Source of the DNA: Candidatus Kaiserbacteria bacterium | GTDB lineage: Bacteria > Patescibacteriota > Minisyncoccia > Phycocordibacterales > UBA2100 | DNA length: 64,000 nt | Assembly (NCBI GenBank): GCA_016186765.1 | Contig: JACPLD010000001.1 | Span: 42,560-106,559, forward strand | Reading direction: 5' to 3' | Part shown: positions 28,508-37,484 of the stretch, in pieces | How the letters are laid out: each line of letters begins with the position of its first letter | How positions within the stretch are numbered: the first letter of the stretch is position 1 | The notes under the pieces: generated by a model | Told to the model about the DNA's origin: nothing | The model's input: only the letters and a program-made list of their open reading frames with translations | Databases searched by the model: none | Translations under genes and position numbers: made by a program

Positions 28508-28981
28508 CTAAGAAGTAAGAAGCTTTTGTACTACCTCTTTCACATCGTTGCCGTCGGCGCGGCCGGCGAATTCTTTCATCACGGCGCCAGTGAGCTTGCC
28601 CGCCTTCGCCGAGACTTCGGCGGGCGAGCCTGCTTCCATACCGAGTTCCTGCATTTTCTGGCGAGCGACTTCCTCGATTTCTTCGCGGCTCGCCATCTGA
28701 GGCAGATACTCCTCAATTATTTTCAGTTCTTTATTTTCTTTCTCGGCAAGCTCCGCGCGGCCGCCCTTTTCATACACCTCGGCGGCTTCCTTGCGCTGCT
28801 TCGCGAGACGCTTGAGGACAGCAACTGCGTCGGCATCAGATATTTCCTCCGTTGGTTTTCGTCCTTTGGCTACGAGCTCGTTTACGAACGCCGCGAGCGC
28901 GCCGCGCAGCGTCTGCACGCGAAGATCGTCCCTCGCTTTCATTGCGGCCGTCATGTCGGCGCGGATTTTTTGCGCAAGCAT
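28508..28981 (-). CDS. GatB/YqeY domain protein
   Basis: AMKARD..LR, KQRKEAAEVYEKGGRAELAEKE, YLPQ, GRADG. Confidence 0.93.
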   Translation of the reverse strand: MLAQKIRADMTAAMKARDDLRVQTLRGALAAFVNELVAKGRKPTEEISDADAVAVLKRLAKQRKEAAEVYEKGGRAELAEKENKELKIIEEYLPQMASREEIEEVARQKMQELGMEAGSPAEVSAKAGKLTGAVMKEFAGRADGNDVKEVVQKLLTS

Positions 28982-29015
28982 GGTGCGAGTATAACACGGG
29001 TGCTAGAATCGCCGC

Positions 29016-30092
29016 ATGGATTGGCTCATTATCGTACTCTTGTTTGCGGTACTCAGCGCTCTTCTGTATCTGCTTTGGGGTAGAAACCAGACACAGGATA
29101 CACAGGGGATGCTCTTGCTTCAGCAGAGGATTCAGGAGCTTGAGAAGACGCTCGAAAACAAGCTTGGAGAGGGAACAACGAGAATGTTCGAGAGCATGCG
29201 CGCGCAGTTCGAGCAATCTCAACGACTCGTTACCGACACCCGTGATCTCGTGCATCGGCAACTCTCCGAAGTGGTTCGCGGTGTAGCCGAGACGAAGGAG
29301 TCCACAAAACAGGTCTTTACTATCGCCGAGCAGCTCCAGAATCTCGAAAAAGTGCTTACGCATCAAAAGCAACGAGGGAATCTCGGCGAGGCATCGCTCG
29401 AACTCGTCCTTTCGAACATCCTTCCGCCCGGAACGTACAAAATGCAGCATGAGTTTCCCGGAGGAGAGACGGTAGATGCAATCATACAGACGAAAGAGGG
29501 CATCATACCGATAGATGCGAAATTCTCCCTCGACAACTACAATCGGCTCGTAAACGCAGTCGACGACAGACAACGCGAAGAACTGGAGAAGCTGTTCAAG
29601 AATGACCTCAAGCTACGCATCGATGAATGCGCAAAATATGTGCGGCCGAAGGACGGGACGCTTCCGTTCGCATTCATGTACATCCCGGCGGAGGCGATTT
29701 ATTACGACCTTCTCGTGAACGAGGTGGGTGCGGTGAAAGTGAACACGAGAAACCTCATCGATTACGCATACAACGAGAAAAGGGTCATTATCGTCTCGCC
29801 AACCACCTTTGCCGCCTACCTTCAGTCGGTCCTGTACGGATTCAAAGCGTTCAAGATCGAAGAGACAGCAAAAGACATCGCGAAGAACGTTGAGAATCTC
29901 TCGCGACATCTCAAAGCCTATGAGGATTACTACAAGCGCCTTGGGAACTCGCTTTCAACGACAGTCGGCCACTACAACGCAGGCTCTAAAGAACTCGGTA
30001 AGATAGATAAAGACGTGCTTCGCATTACGGGTACCTCTGTGGAGCTTGAGTCGCCTCTTCTTGAGAAACCTTCTCTTGCGATTGATGAATAG
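29016..30092 (+). CDS. rmuC: DNA recombination protein RmuC
   Basis: N-terminal TM, coiled coil, RGNLGE, PIDAKF, FMYIPAEAIY, SPTT. Confidence 0.93.
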   Translation: MDWLIIVLLFAVLSALLYLLWGRNQTQDTQGMLLLQQRIQELEKTLENKLGEGTTRMFESMRAQFEQSQRLVTDTRDLVHRQLSEVVRGVAETKESTKQVFTIAEQLQNLEKVLTHQKQRGNLGEASLELVLSNILPPGTYKMQHEFPGGETVDAIIQTKEGIIPIDAKFSLDNYNRLVNAVDDRQREELEKLFKNDLKLRIDECAKYVRPKDGTLPFAFMYIPAEAIYYDLLVNEVGAVKVNTRNLIDYAYNEKRVIIVSPTTFAAYLQSVLYGFKAFKIEETAKDIAKNVENLSRHLKAYEDYYKRLGNSLSTTVGHYNAGSKELGKIDKDVLRITGTSVELESPLLEKPSLAIDE

Positions 30093-30114
30093 ACACGGTA
30101 TAGTGCCGCGACTT

Positions 30115-30432
30115 ATGGCAAAGATCGCCATCATCGAGACGGGCGGGAAGCAGTATGTTGTCACAAAGGACAGCGTTTTGAGCGTCGAGAAACTCGATGT
30201 TTCAGAAAAAGGGGATAAAGTCACGTTTGATAAAGTTTTGCTCACTGACGACGGGAGCGAGACGAAAGTTGGTTCGCCCTACATCAGTGGCGCAAAGGTC
30301 TCCGCAGAACTCATCGAAGCAGGCAAAGGTGACAAGGTGACCGTCATTCGCTACCGCCAGAAGAGTCGACATTTCGTAAAGAAGGGACACCGCCAACCGT
30401 ACGCGAAAGTGCGCATTACTGGCTTGCCCTGA
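30115..30432 (+). CDS. rplU: 50S ribosomal protein L21
   Basis: AIIETGGKQY, KGHRQPY. Confidence 0.97.
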   Translation: MAKIAIIETGGKQYVVTKDSVLSVEKLDVSEKGDKVTFDKVLLTDDGSETKVGSPYISGAKVSAELIEAGKGDKVTVIRYRQKSRHFVKKGHRQPYAKVRITGLP

Positions 30433-30454
30433 GCGCAGTCGAAAGGGCGCTGCC

Positions 30455-31048
30455 CTAGCGCCTGCTTTCGAGCGCGCTCTTGAGGGTCTCCGCGTCCGCA
30501 TACTCAAGTTCGCTCCCGGTTGAAAGGCCGCGGCCCAGCGATGTAACAGTGAGTTTAAATGGACTAATTTCTTCCCGAAGCCGGACAGCTGTTGCATCAC
30601 CTTCAGGGTTGGCAGGGAAGGCGAGGATGACCTCCTTTAATCCATTTTTGGTGCGAGAGGGAAGCGAATCGAGTAGCTGTTTGATGCGCAGTCCGTTAGT
30701 TTTCTCCGACGCGAGCGAGATCGTGCCGCCTAAGACGAAATAGCTGCCTTTGTAGGTGCCGCTCTTTTCGAGCGCTGTAAGATCCGCGTTGGAGGCGACG
30801 ATCGCGAGGTGCTGCGTATCGCGCTGTGTATCCGAACAAATCGAACAGACCTTTGTTTTTGCCGAGTGGTAGCGCATGCATTCCGGGCATTGACGGACGT
30901 TCGTACCGAGAGAACGGGTTGAGTCGATAAGTTCGCGCCGAAGGGAGGGTGAGGCGCGCAGAAGGAATTGCACGAATCGCTGCGCCTGCCGAGGGCCGAT
31001 ACCGGGGAATTTCTCAAAGAGGGAAGTCAACCGCTCGATTGCATCCAT
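30455..31048 (-). CDS. recR: Recombination protein RecR
   Basis: PGIGPRQAQR, C4 zinc finger, Toprim NPEGDATA, GSELEYAD. Confidence 0.96.
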   Translation of the reverse strand: MDAIERLTSLFEKFPGIGPRQAQRFVQFLLRASPSLRRELIDSTRSLGTNVRQCPECMRYHSAKTKVCSICSDTQRDTQHLAIVASNADLTALEKSGTYKGSYFVLGGTISLASEKTNGLRIKQLLDSLPSRTKNGLKEVILAFPANPEGDATAVRLREEISPFKLTVTSLGRGLSTGSELEYADAETLKSALESRR

Positions 31049-31051
31049 ACG

Positions 31052-31140
31052 TTAGTTGTTAGCCAATAGGGTATAGCCAATAGGAAAACATGAAAAACAT
31101 CCCAATCACTATACCCTAAACCCTAGTGGCTAGTGGCTGA
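31052..31140. repeat. Inverted pair of 7-bp-period arrays (TAGCCA/CTAGTGG family)
   Basis: TTAGTTG TTAGCCA ATAGGGT ATAGCCA ATAGG ... CTATACC CTAAACC CTAGTGG CTAGTGG CT. Confidence 0.85.
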
Positions 31141-31141
31141 T

Positions 31142-32524
31142 TTAAAACGGTGCTTCCTGCTCCACTTCCGCCTCCGGCGTAAAGTCGCCGAAGTCACTCT
31201 TGTCGATGGAGAGGAAGGTCGTACGCTGCTCGTCGAAGCGAAGCTCGATCCTCCCGGTAGGACCGTTCCGATGTTTTTCTACCAAAATCTCGGCGATGCC
31301 GGGACGGTCGGAATTTTCGTTCATTTTGTCGTCGCGGTGAATGAACATTACGACATCGGAGTCCTGCTCGAGGGAACCCGAGTCGCGAAGGTCTGAAAGA
31401 CGCGGCCGCCCGCGCCGCTGCTCGACGGCGCGCGAAAGCTGTGAGAGCGCAAGCACTGGCACATCGAGCTCTCGCGCCATCGCCTTAAGCGAGCGCGAAA
31501 TTTCTGTGACCTGCTGCACCATCGAGTCGCTGACTCGTGTGTACGAGGGTGTGATGAGCTGGAGATAATCGATGATGACAAGGCCGAGGTCCCGTTCCAC
31601 CTTGAGGCGGCGTGCCACCGAGCGCATCTGCAGGACGGTCGAGGAGGGCTTGTCGTCGATGTAGATCGGGGCCTCTGAAAGTACGCTCAAGCCCGCCTGA
31701 AGACGTCCGAATTCCTCGTCGCTCCTAATTTTTCCCGTGCGCAACTTCCACGAATCGACGCCGGCTTGCGCCGCAAGCATGCGATCGACGAGCTGCTGCG
31801 AACTCATTTCGAGACTAAAGATCCCAACCGATGTGCCGTGCTTCGTTGCCGTCTTTCGCGCGATGTCGAGGGCAAGTGCGGTCTTTCCCATGGAAGGGCG
31901 TGCCGCGAGGAGAATGAGATCGGACTTCTGCAAGCCAGCGAGAAGATTGTCGAGCTGCGTGAAGCCAGTAGGAATGCCGCGCAAAGTTGCTTCGTGCTTC
32001 TGCAGATGCTCGAGCCGCTCCCACGCTTCGGTGAGCTCGTCTTTGATCGCGCGGAACGAGCGGAGCATCGGTGTTTGCGAGACGCTGAAGACGGCCGACT
32101 GCGCCTCGTCGAGCGTCGTTGCAATGTCCTTATCTTCCTCGAAGCCGAGCTCATGGATTTTCGCAGCTGCATCGATGAGGCTACGCAACACGAACTTCGT
32201 CTGCACGACCTCGGCATAGTGGCGGGCGCTTCCGGGTGAGGCAGCGGCAGAAACGAGCTCGGAAAGGTAGGCTGCGCCGCCGATCTCCCCGAGAAGTTTG
32301 CGCTGCTTGAGCTTACCCGAGACTGTCACCACGTCGATGGGCTCGCCCTTGCTGTGTAGGCTAAGCATCGCATCGTAGATGGTGCGGTGCTTGCCCACGT
32401 AGAAGGAGTCAACACCGACGACGTCGGCGACTTCGTACATCGCGTTTTGGTTTAGCATGAGTGCGCCAAGCAGCGCACGCTCGGTTTCGGTGTCTTGCGG
32501 CGGGACGCGCAAAGGCTTGTTCAT
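31142..32524 (-). CDS. dnaB: Replicative DNA helicase
   Basis: AARPSMGKT, IDYLQL, LSQLSR, LRDSGSLEQD, KHRNGP. Confidence 0.98.
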   Translation of the reverse strand: MNKPLRVPPQDTETERALLGALMLNQNAMYEVADVVGVDSFYVGKHRTIYDAMLSLHSKGEPIDVVTVSGKLKQRKLLGEIGGAAYLSELVSAAASPGSARHYAEVVQTKFVLRSLIDAAAKIHELGFEEDKDIATTLDEAQSAVFSVSQTPMLRSFRAIKDELTEAWERLEHLQKHEATLRGIPTGFTQLDNLLAGLQKSDLILLAARPSMGKTALALDIARKTATKHGTSVGIFSLEMSSQQLVDRMLAAQAGVDSWKLRTGKIRSDEEFGRLQAGLSVLSEAPIYIDDKPSSTVLQMRSVARRLKVERDLGLVIIDYLQLITPSYTRVSDSMVQQVTEISRSLKAMARELDVPVLALSQLSRAVEQRRGRPRLSDLRDSGSLEQDSDVVMFIHRDDKMNENSDRPGIAEILVEKHRNGPTGRIELRFDEQRTTFLSIDKSDFGDFTPEAEVEQEAPF

Positions 32525-32679
32525 GAGAGCATCGTACCACGCGTATTTTCCGCTGCTCGTTCACCGATGGAGGCAGCTTTGTTCCTTTTGTGTGGAAAAG
32601 GGTTGTGGACTTGACCAGTTGTGTTGCTTTTGATACAACGTATGCCACACTATCACGGATAGTCAAATGCGCTGTATTT

Positions 32680-33702
32680 ATGCTATCTTTTGCCCCGAAA
32701 ACGGTCACCAAAGAATTGCTCGCAGGTCTTCCTGAGCGCTCGCGGAAAGTTCTCATTGATCGTTACGGCCTTTCTCCAAAAGGAGAGCGACGCACACTAG
32801 ATGCTATCGGGAAGGAGTATGGCATTACTCGCGAGCGTATTCGGCAGATCGAGAACCACAGCCTTTCGGTGGTGCGGGAATCAGAGAGCTATGCGGCGCA
32901 GGTGGTCGCGCTGGAGGACCTGAAACGCGCGCTGCATACGCTCGGCGGCATCATTGCCGAGCAAACGATTCTTGAGCACGTCCCAAAGGGCGAGTCTGAC
33001 CACAATCACGTCATTTTCCTCCTCACGGTCGGCCATCATTTCGCCGACCGTCGCGAAGACGCAAATTTCAAAGCGCGATGGCACGTCGACGAGCAGCTCG
33101 CCGAGGCAGTTGAGCGCGCACTCTCCGCTCTCTACGAATCGATCGAAACGAGCCGCCTCATGCCTGAGGAAGAATTCGTCGAATTCTTCGCAAAGCACCT
33201 GCGCGAACAGGGAATAAAGAACCGCTCCCCGGAGGTGATGCTCCGCTGGCTTTCGATATCGAAGCGCATAGGAAAGAACCCGCTCGGCGAGTGGGGCAGG
33301 ATCGAATCGCCACACGTGCGCATCAAGAATACGCGCGACTTTGCCTATCTGACGTTGAAGCGGCACGGCTCTCCGATGCACTTCACCGAGGTCGCGAAGA
33401 GTGTTGAGAAGCTCTTCAACCGTCCTGCGCATCCTGCGACGACCCACAACGAACTCATCAAGGACAACCGATTCGTTCTGGTCGGCCGCGGCCTCTATGC
33501 GCTTCGGGAGTGGGGCTACGAGCCCGGTGTAGTGCGCGATGTTATCAAAGGAATCCTCGCCCGCGACGGCGCACTCTCGCGCGAAGAAATTGTTGAGCGG
33601 GTGAAACGCGAGCGCTACGTGAAGGATGCAACGATCGCCGTAAATCTCCAGAATCCGATGTTTGTACGACTTCCCGACGGCAAATACACACTTTCAAAGT
33701 AA
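32680..33702 (+). CDS. Sigma70 region-4 HTH protein with C-terminal RNA-polymerase-delta-like winged helices
   Basis: TLDAIGKEYGITRERIRQIE; PMHFTEV..HNELIKDNRFVLVGRGLYALREWG. Confidence 0.8.
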   Translation: MLSFAPKTVTKELLAGLPERSRKVLIDRYGLSPKGERRTLDAIGKEYGITRERIRQIENHSLSVVRESESYAAQVVALEDLKRALHTLGGIIAEQTILEHVPKGESDHNHVIFLLTVGHHFADRREDANFKARWHVDEQLAEAVERALSALYESIETSRLMPEEEFVEFFAKHLREQGIKNRSPEVMLRWLSISKRIGKNPLGEWGRIESPHVRIKNTRDFAYLTLKRHGSPMHFTEVAKSVEKLFNRPAHPATTHNELIKDNRFVLVGRGLYALREWGYEPGVVRDVIKGILARDGALSREEIVERVKRERYVKDATIAVNLQNPMFVRLPDGKYTLSK

Positions 33703-33705
33703 TGA

Positions 33706-33788
33706 CCAAATTCCAAGAGACAATAACCAAAGGAACTCTTTCCGTGTTTTCCTCATTTTGGTGATTGTTTCTTGAGTTTTGGAGCTTC
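33706..33788. repeat. Inverted pair of 7-bp-period arrays (CCAA/TTGG family)
   Basis: CCAAATT CCAAGAG ACAATAA CCAAAGG ... TTGGTGA TTGTTTC TTGAGTT TTGGAGC. Confidence 0.8.
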
Positions 33789-33809
33789 CTCAATGATAGT
33801 ATTGAGGTC

Positions 33810-35249
33810 ATGGCTTTTCAAATTCCTGGCGTCGGGGAGGAGCGAGAGCGACAGCAGCAGTGGGGACTTGGCTCGCATGTCCTGCGCGGTATCGTTGCCG
33901 AGATAGTCAGCCTCGATCTAAAGGTATTCGTCGAAGGAACGATCGGTAACCTCCTCGGCATCTCGCGCGGCACCTTCCTCACTTCGATTTTTATCGGACT
34001 CCTCTTATCGCTCTGGGGCTTGATCCCGAATCTTCCGTTCTTCATCTTCGCGTGGGTAGTGGGGACTATGCCGATCTGGATCTTGCCTGCAGCAGTAGGT
34101 GGCGCTTGGAAGGCCTGGATCTGGTACGTGCAGGCATACTTTATTACTCGCCGAGAGCCCTTACTCCTTGAAGTAAAAATGCCTCGCGAGCTCGTCAAAT
34201 CTCCTCGCGGGATGGAGCTCGCGCTTGCACAGCTGTGGATACTCTCTGGCGAGACGACGTATTTCCACCGTAAGTGGCTCGGCCAGGTGCGTCCCGTCTT
34301 CTCTTTCGAGATCGTGAGCTTCGGCGGCGATGTTCGCTTTTACATCTGGCTGTGGAAAGCGTACCGGAAGGTCGTCGAATCGGCCATCTATGCGCAGTAC
34401 CCTGAAGTAGAAATCGTCGAGGCGGAGGACTACGCGATGAAGTACGTCTACGATCCTTCGAAACACGCGGTATTCTGCACCGACTACCGCTACGAACCAC
34501 GCAATGACGCCTATCCAATAAAGACCTACATCGAGTTCGAGCTCGATGAGGATCCGAAGGAAGAATATAAGGTTGACCCGCTCGCACAGGTGATCGAGCG
34601 CCTAAGCTCACTCGGGCCCGACGAGCAGATCTGGCTTCAGATTGTTATCTCGTTGGACAACGAACAGAGACGGAAGCCGGGGGGACGATATTGGGAGACG
34701 GAACCCCGCTTCCGAGGTATTGCGGAGGCAGAAGTCGACAAGCTCCGCAAGTCGATCATAGGAGATTTTGAGAAGCCGGGGCAGGAATGGAGACGCTACT
34801 CGCGCGTGGCACTGTATCGCGTTACCGAACAGATCAAAGCGATCGAGCGCAATATGGGTAAACATCCCTACCACGTCGGGATGCGCGGAGTATGGATCTC
34901 GAATCCGGAGAATTTTGGCCCGCAAGGCTTTAACAGCATGCGTTGGATCTGGCTTCCCATGGGGAATCCGCAATACCTGAATCAAATGCGTCCACGTCGC
35001 TGGCACACACCCTTCGACTATCCTTACCAGGATCTCTGGGACTTTCGTTGGAACCTTCACGCCGAGCGTTTTTTTGATTGCTACCGCAGACGCGCGCACT
35101 TCTATGCGCCGTACACGCTTCCCGACAATGTTATGTCGACGGAAGTTATAGCAACATTCTGGCATCCCATCTCGACAGCGATCGCATCGCCCGGCGTGCA
35201 GCGAATTCCGGCGAAGAAAGCGCAGCCGCCACCGAATTTGCCAAAGTAA
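33810..35249 (+). CDS. Hypothetical membrane-anchored protein
   Basis: Two N-terminal TM helices; SFEIVS, IYAQYPEVEIVEAEDY, YPIKTY; function not recognised. Confidence 0.8.
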   Translation: MAFQIPGVGEERERQQQWGLGSHVLRGIVAEIVSLDLKVFVEGTIGNLLGISRGTFLTSIFIGLLLSLWGLIPNLPFFIFAWVVGTMPIWILPAAVGGAWKAWIWYVQAYFITRREPLLLEVKMPRELVKSPRGMELALAQLWILSGETTYFHRKWLGQVRPVFSFEIVSFGGDVRFYIWLWKAYRKVVESAIYAQYPEVEIVEAEDYAMKYVYDPSKHAVFCTDYRYEPRNDAYPIKTYIEFELDEDPKEEYKVDPLAQVIERLSSLGPDEQIWLQIVISLDNEQRRKPGGRYWETEPRFRGIAEAEVDKLRKSIIGDFEKPGQEWRRYSRVALYRVTEQIKAIERNMGKHPYHVGMRGVWISNPENFGPQGFNSMRWIWLPMGNPQYLNQMRPRRWHTPFDYPYQDLWDFRWNLHAERFFDCYRRRAHFYAPYTLPDNVMSTEVIATFWHPISTAIASPGVQRIPAKKAQPPPNLPK

Positions 35250-35251
35250 GT

Positions 35252-35303
35252 TAGCCACTAGCCATTAGGGTTTAGGGTATAGTGTATTTCACTAGTGGCT
35301 AAT
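35252..35303. repeat. 7-bp-period array with short inverted partner (TAGCCA family)
   Basis: TTAGCCA CTAGCCA TTAGGGT TTAGGGT ATAGTGT ... CTAGTGG CTAA. Confidence 0.85.
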
Positions 35304-35310
35304 TATCTTC

Positions 35311-36345
35311 ATGCAGTCTTTCAAGGAATCTCTCGAGCACTTCTTCGATCGAAGCAGCGCCTCCCTCCTACACATCTCCGAGCGGTGGCGGGTCCACGCG
35401 AATCGCCGCACGCTGCTTGCCCTCATCTTCGGAGGTACGATCGTGCTCACGCTCTACATTGGTGTGGTGCAGCCGCCGGAGAGGTTTCCTGTCGATACGC
35501 TCGTGACGATCCCGCAGGGAGCTACGCTTTCGGAAACAGCCGAATCGTTCCAAAGAGAAGGAGTTGTCCGCTCCAGCGTCGCGCTAAAATTTCTCCTCAC
35601 GCTTTCGGGAAAACAGGACGAGATACATGCGGGCGACTACCTGTTCAAGGAGCCAAAGAACATGTTCGTTGTTGCGCGCGCGATCGTTATTGGCGCCTAC
35701 GGTCTTGAGCCCACGCGCATCCGCGTTCCAGAGGGTGCGACAACCGCGAAGATGGCAAGAATCTTTGGATCGCAACTTCAGCGATTCGACGAAGAACGCT
35801 TTCTCAAGAACGCCCAGCCGCAGGAAGGGTACCTCTTTCCCGACACGTACTTCTTTCTTCCCAACGCAACCGACGAGCTTGTTCTCCTGACGATGCGACA
35901 GAATTTCGACGCGCACGTAGCGACGATCCAAGGAGTGCTCGAAACCTTCGGGAAACCGCTCAACGACATTGTCATCATGGCGTCGCTCCTCGAACGAGAA
36001 GCCGAGAACACAGAGGATCGCCGCAAGATCGCCGGTGTCTTGTGGAACCGCCTCGATCGCGACATGCTTTTGCAGGTCGACGCTGCCTTTATTTACACGC
36101 TCGGAAAGGGAAGTTTCGAGCTAACGATTGAAGACCTTTCGAGCGACGATCCATACAACACGTACGTGTATAAGGGGCTACCGCCTGGTGCAATCGGCTC
36201 GCCCTCGCTCGATTCCTTGCTTGCCGCCGTGACGCCGGTCGAGCACAACTACTTGTACTATCTCGCCGATCGGAACCATGTCACGCACTACTCGAAAACG
36301 TACCAAGAACATCTGCGGAAGAAGAGGTTGTATTTGGGATCGTAA
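35311..36345 (+). CDS. mltG: Endolytic transglycosylase MltG
   Basis: EGYLFPDTY, MASLLERE, LQVDA, PYNTYVYKGLPPGAI. Confidence 0.96.
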   Translation: MQSFKESLEHFFDRSSASLLHISERWRVHANRRTLLALIFGGTIVLTLYIGVVQPPERFPVDTLVTIPQGATLSETAESFQREGVVRSSVALKFLLTLSGKQDEIHAGDYLFKEPKNMFVVARAIVIGAYGLEPTRIRVPEGATTAKMARIFGSQLQRFDEERFLKNAQPQEGYLFPDTYFFLPNATDELVLLTMRQNFDAHVATIQGVLETFGKPLNDIVIMASLLEREAENTEDRRKIAGVLWNRLDRDMLLQVDAAFIYTLGKGSFELTIEDLSSDDPYNTYVYKGLPPGAIGSPSLDSLLAAVTPVEHNYLYYLADRNHVTHYSKTYQEHLRKKRLYLGS

Positions 36346-36412
36346 AAGACACAAGAGACAAGATACAATAACCAAACTAGTTTGGAGCTTGTTTCTTGGT
36401 GTTTGGTTATTA
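36344..36412. repeat. Inverted pair of 7-bp-period arrays (CAA/TTG family)
   Basis: AAAAGAC ACAAGAG ACAAGAT ACAATAA CCAAA-CTAG-TTTGGAG CTTGTTT CTTGGTG TTTGGTT. Confidence 0.85.
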
Positions 36413-36422
36413 CACTGTGCCG

Positions 36423-37475
36423 ATGGCAACAGTGTTTGTAGGACTTTCGGGTGGCGTCGATAGCGCGGTTGCGGCCGCGATTCTCAAACAGCAAGGCCAC
36501 GATGTCACTGGCGTGTTCATAAAAATTTGGCAACCCGAATTTATCGAGTGCACCTGGCGAGAAGATAGACTCGACGCGATGCGGGTAGCCGCCACTCTCG
36601 GCATCCCACTGCGCGAAGTGGACTTCTCCGAAGAATATAAACGGGAAGTCGTGGAAAACATGATCGCAGATTATGCGCGAGGCATCACACCGAACCCCGA
36701 CGTCGTTTGCAATCGTGCGATCAAATTCGGGCAATTCGCCATGTGGGCTCGTGAGAATGGTGCCGAGTACGTGGCAACGGGGCACTACGCCCGCCTACGC
36801 CAAGGCTCCGGCGGGCAAGCCCGCGTGGAATTGTTGCGAGGTGCAGATAGAAACAAAGACCAGTCGTACTTTCTCTACGTGCTAACGCAGGAGAATCTCA
36901 CGCGCACCTTATTTCCTATCGGCGAGCTCACGAAGCATCAGGTGCGCTCGCTCGCAAAAAAGTTCAGATTGCCAAATGCCGAGAAGCCTGACAGTCAGGG
37001 CATTTGCTTTCTCGGAGATGTCACGATGGACGAATTTCTTGCCCGATTCATTCCGCTTGAGCGAGGGGTTGTGCTCGACATGACAGGTACCATAATCGGG
37101 GAGCACCAGGGTGCCGCGCTCTACACGGTAGGGCAGCGGCATGGGTTTATGGCTCGAAGTTCGGAGGAAAAGGCAAGAGAGCACTACGTTGTTGCAACTG
37201 ACACTCGCGCAAATACCGTCACCGTATCTCCGAATCGATCCGATGCCGCGCGCAAGGAGGTAGCTTTGGAGCACGTGTACTGGATAGAGCCGCAGCAACT
37301 CCCGCTTACGGCGGATGCACAGGCACGATATCGAGAAGCACCGGTTCGAGTACGTGTCGAAGAAAGAGCCGAAAAAATGAGCGCTATTTTTTTCGAACCC
37401 CACATTGCAGCGCCGGGTCAGTCACTTGTCCTCTACGAAGGAGAGCGCTGTCTCGGAGGCGGAATCATTTGCTAG
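36423..37475 (+). CDS. mnmA: tRNA-specific 2-thiouridylase
   Basis: SGGVDS, TPNPDVVCN, ATGHYA, KDQSYFL, DSQGICF, YTVGQR, PGQ. Confidence 0.97.
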   Translation: MATVFVGLSGGVDSAVAAAILKQQGHDVTGVFIKIWQPEFIECTWREDRLDAMRVAATLGIPLREVDFSEEYKREVVENMIADYARGITPNPDVVCNRAIKFGQFAMWARENGAEYVATGHYARLRQGSGGQARVELLRGADRNKDQSYFLYVLTQENLTRTLFPIGELTKHQVRSLAKKFRLPNAEKPDSQGICFLGDVTMDEFLARFIPLERGVVLDMTGTIIGEHQGAALYTVGQRHGFMARSSEEKAREHYVVATDTRANTVTVSPNRSDAARKEVALEHVYWIEPQQLPLTADAQARYREAPVRVRVEERAEKMSAIFFEPHIAAPGQSLVLYEGERCLGGGIIC

Positions 37476-37484
37476 AATGTATCC

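Noticed and set aside
35252-35290. Telomere-like TTAGGG repeats
   Set aside because: Period is 7 (TTAGGGT) and the units belong to the heptamer family seen at 31052 and 55034
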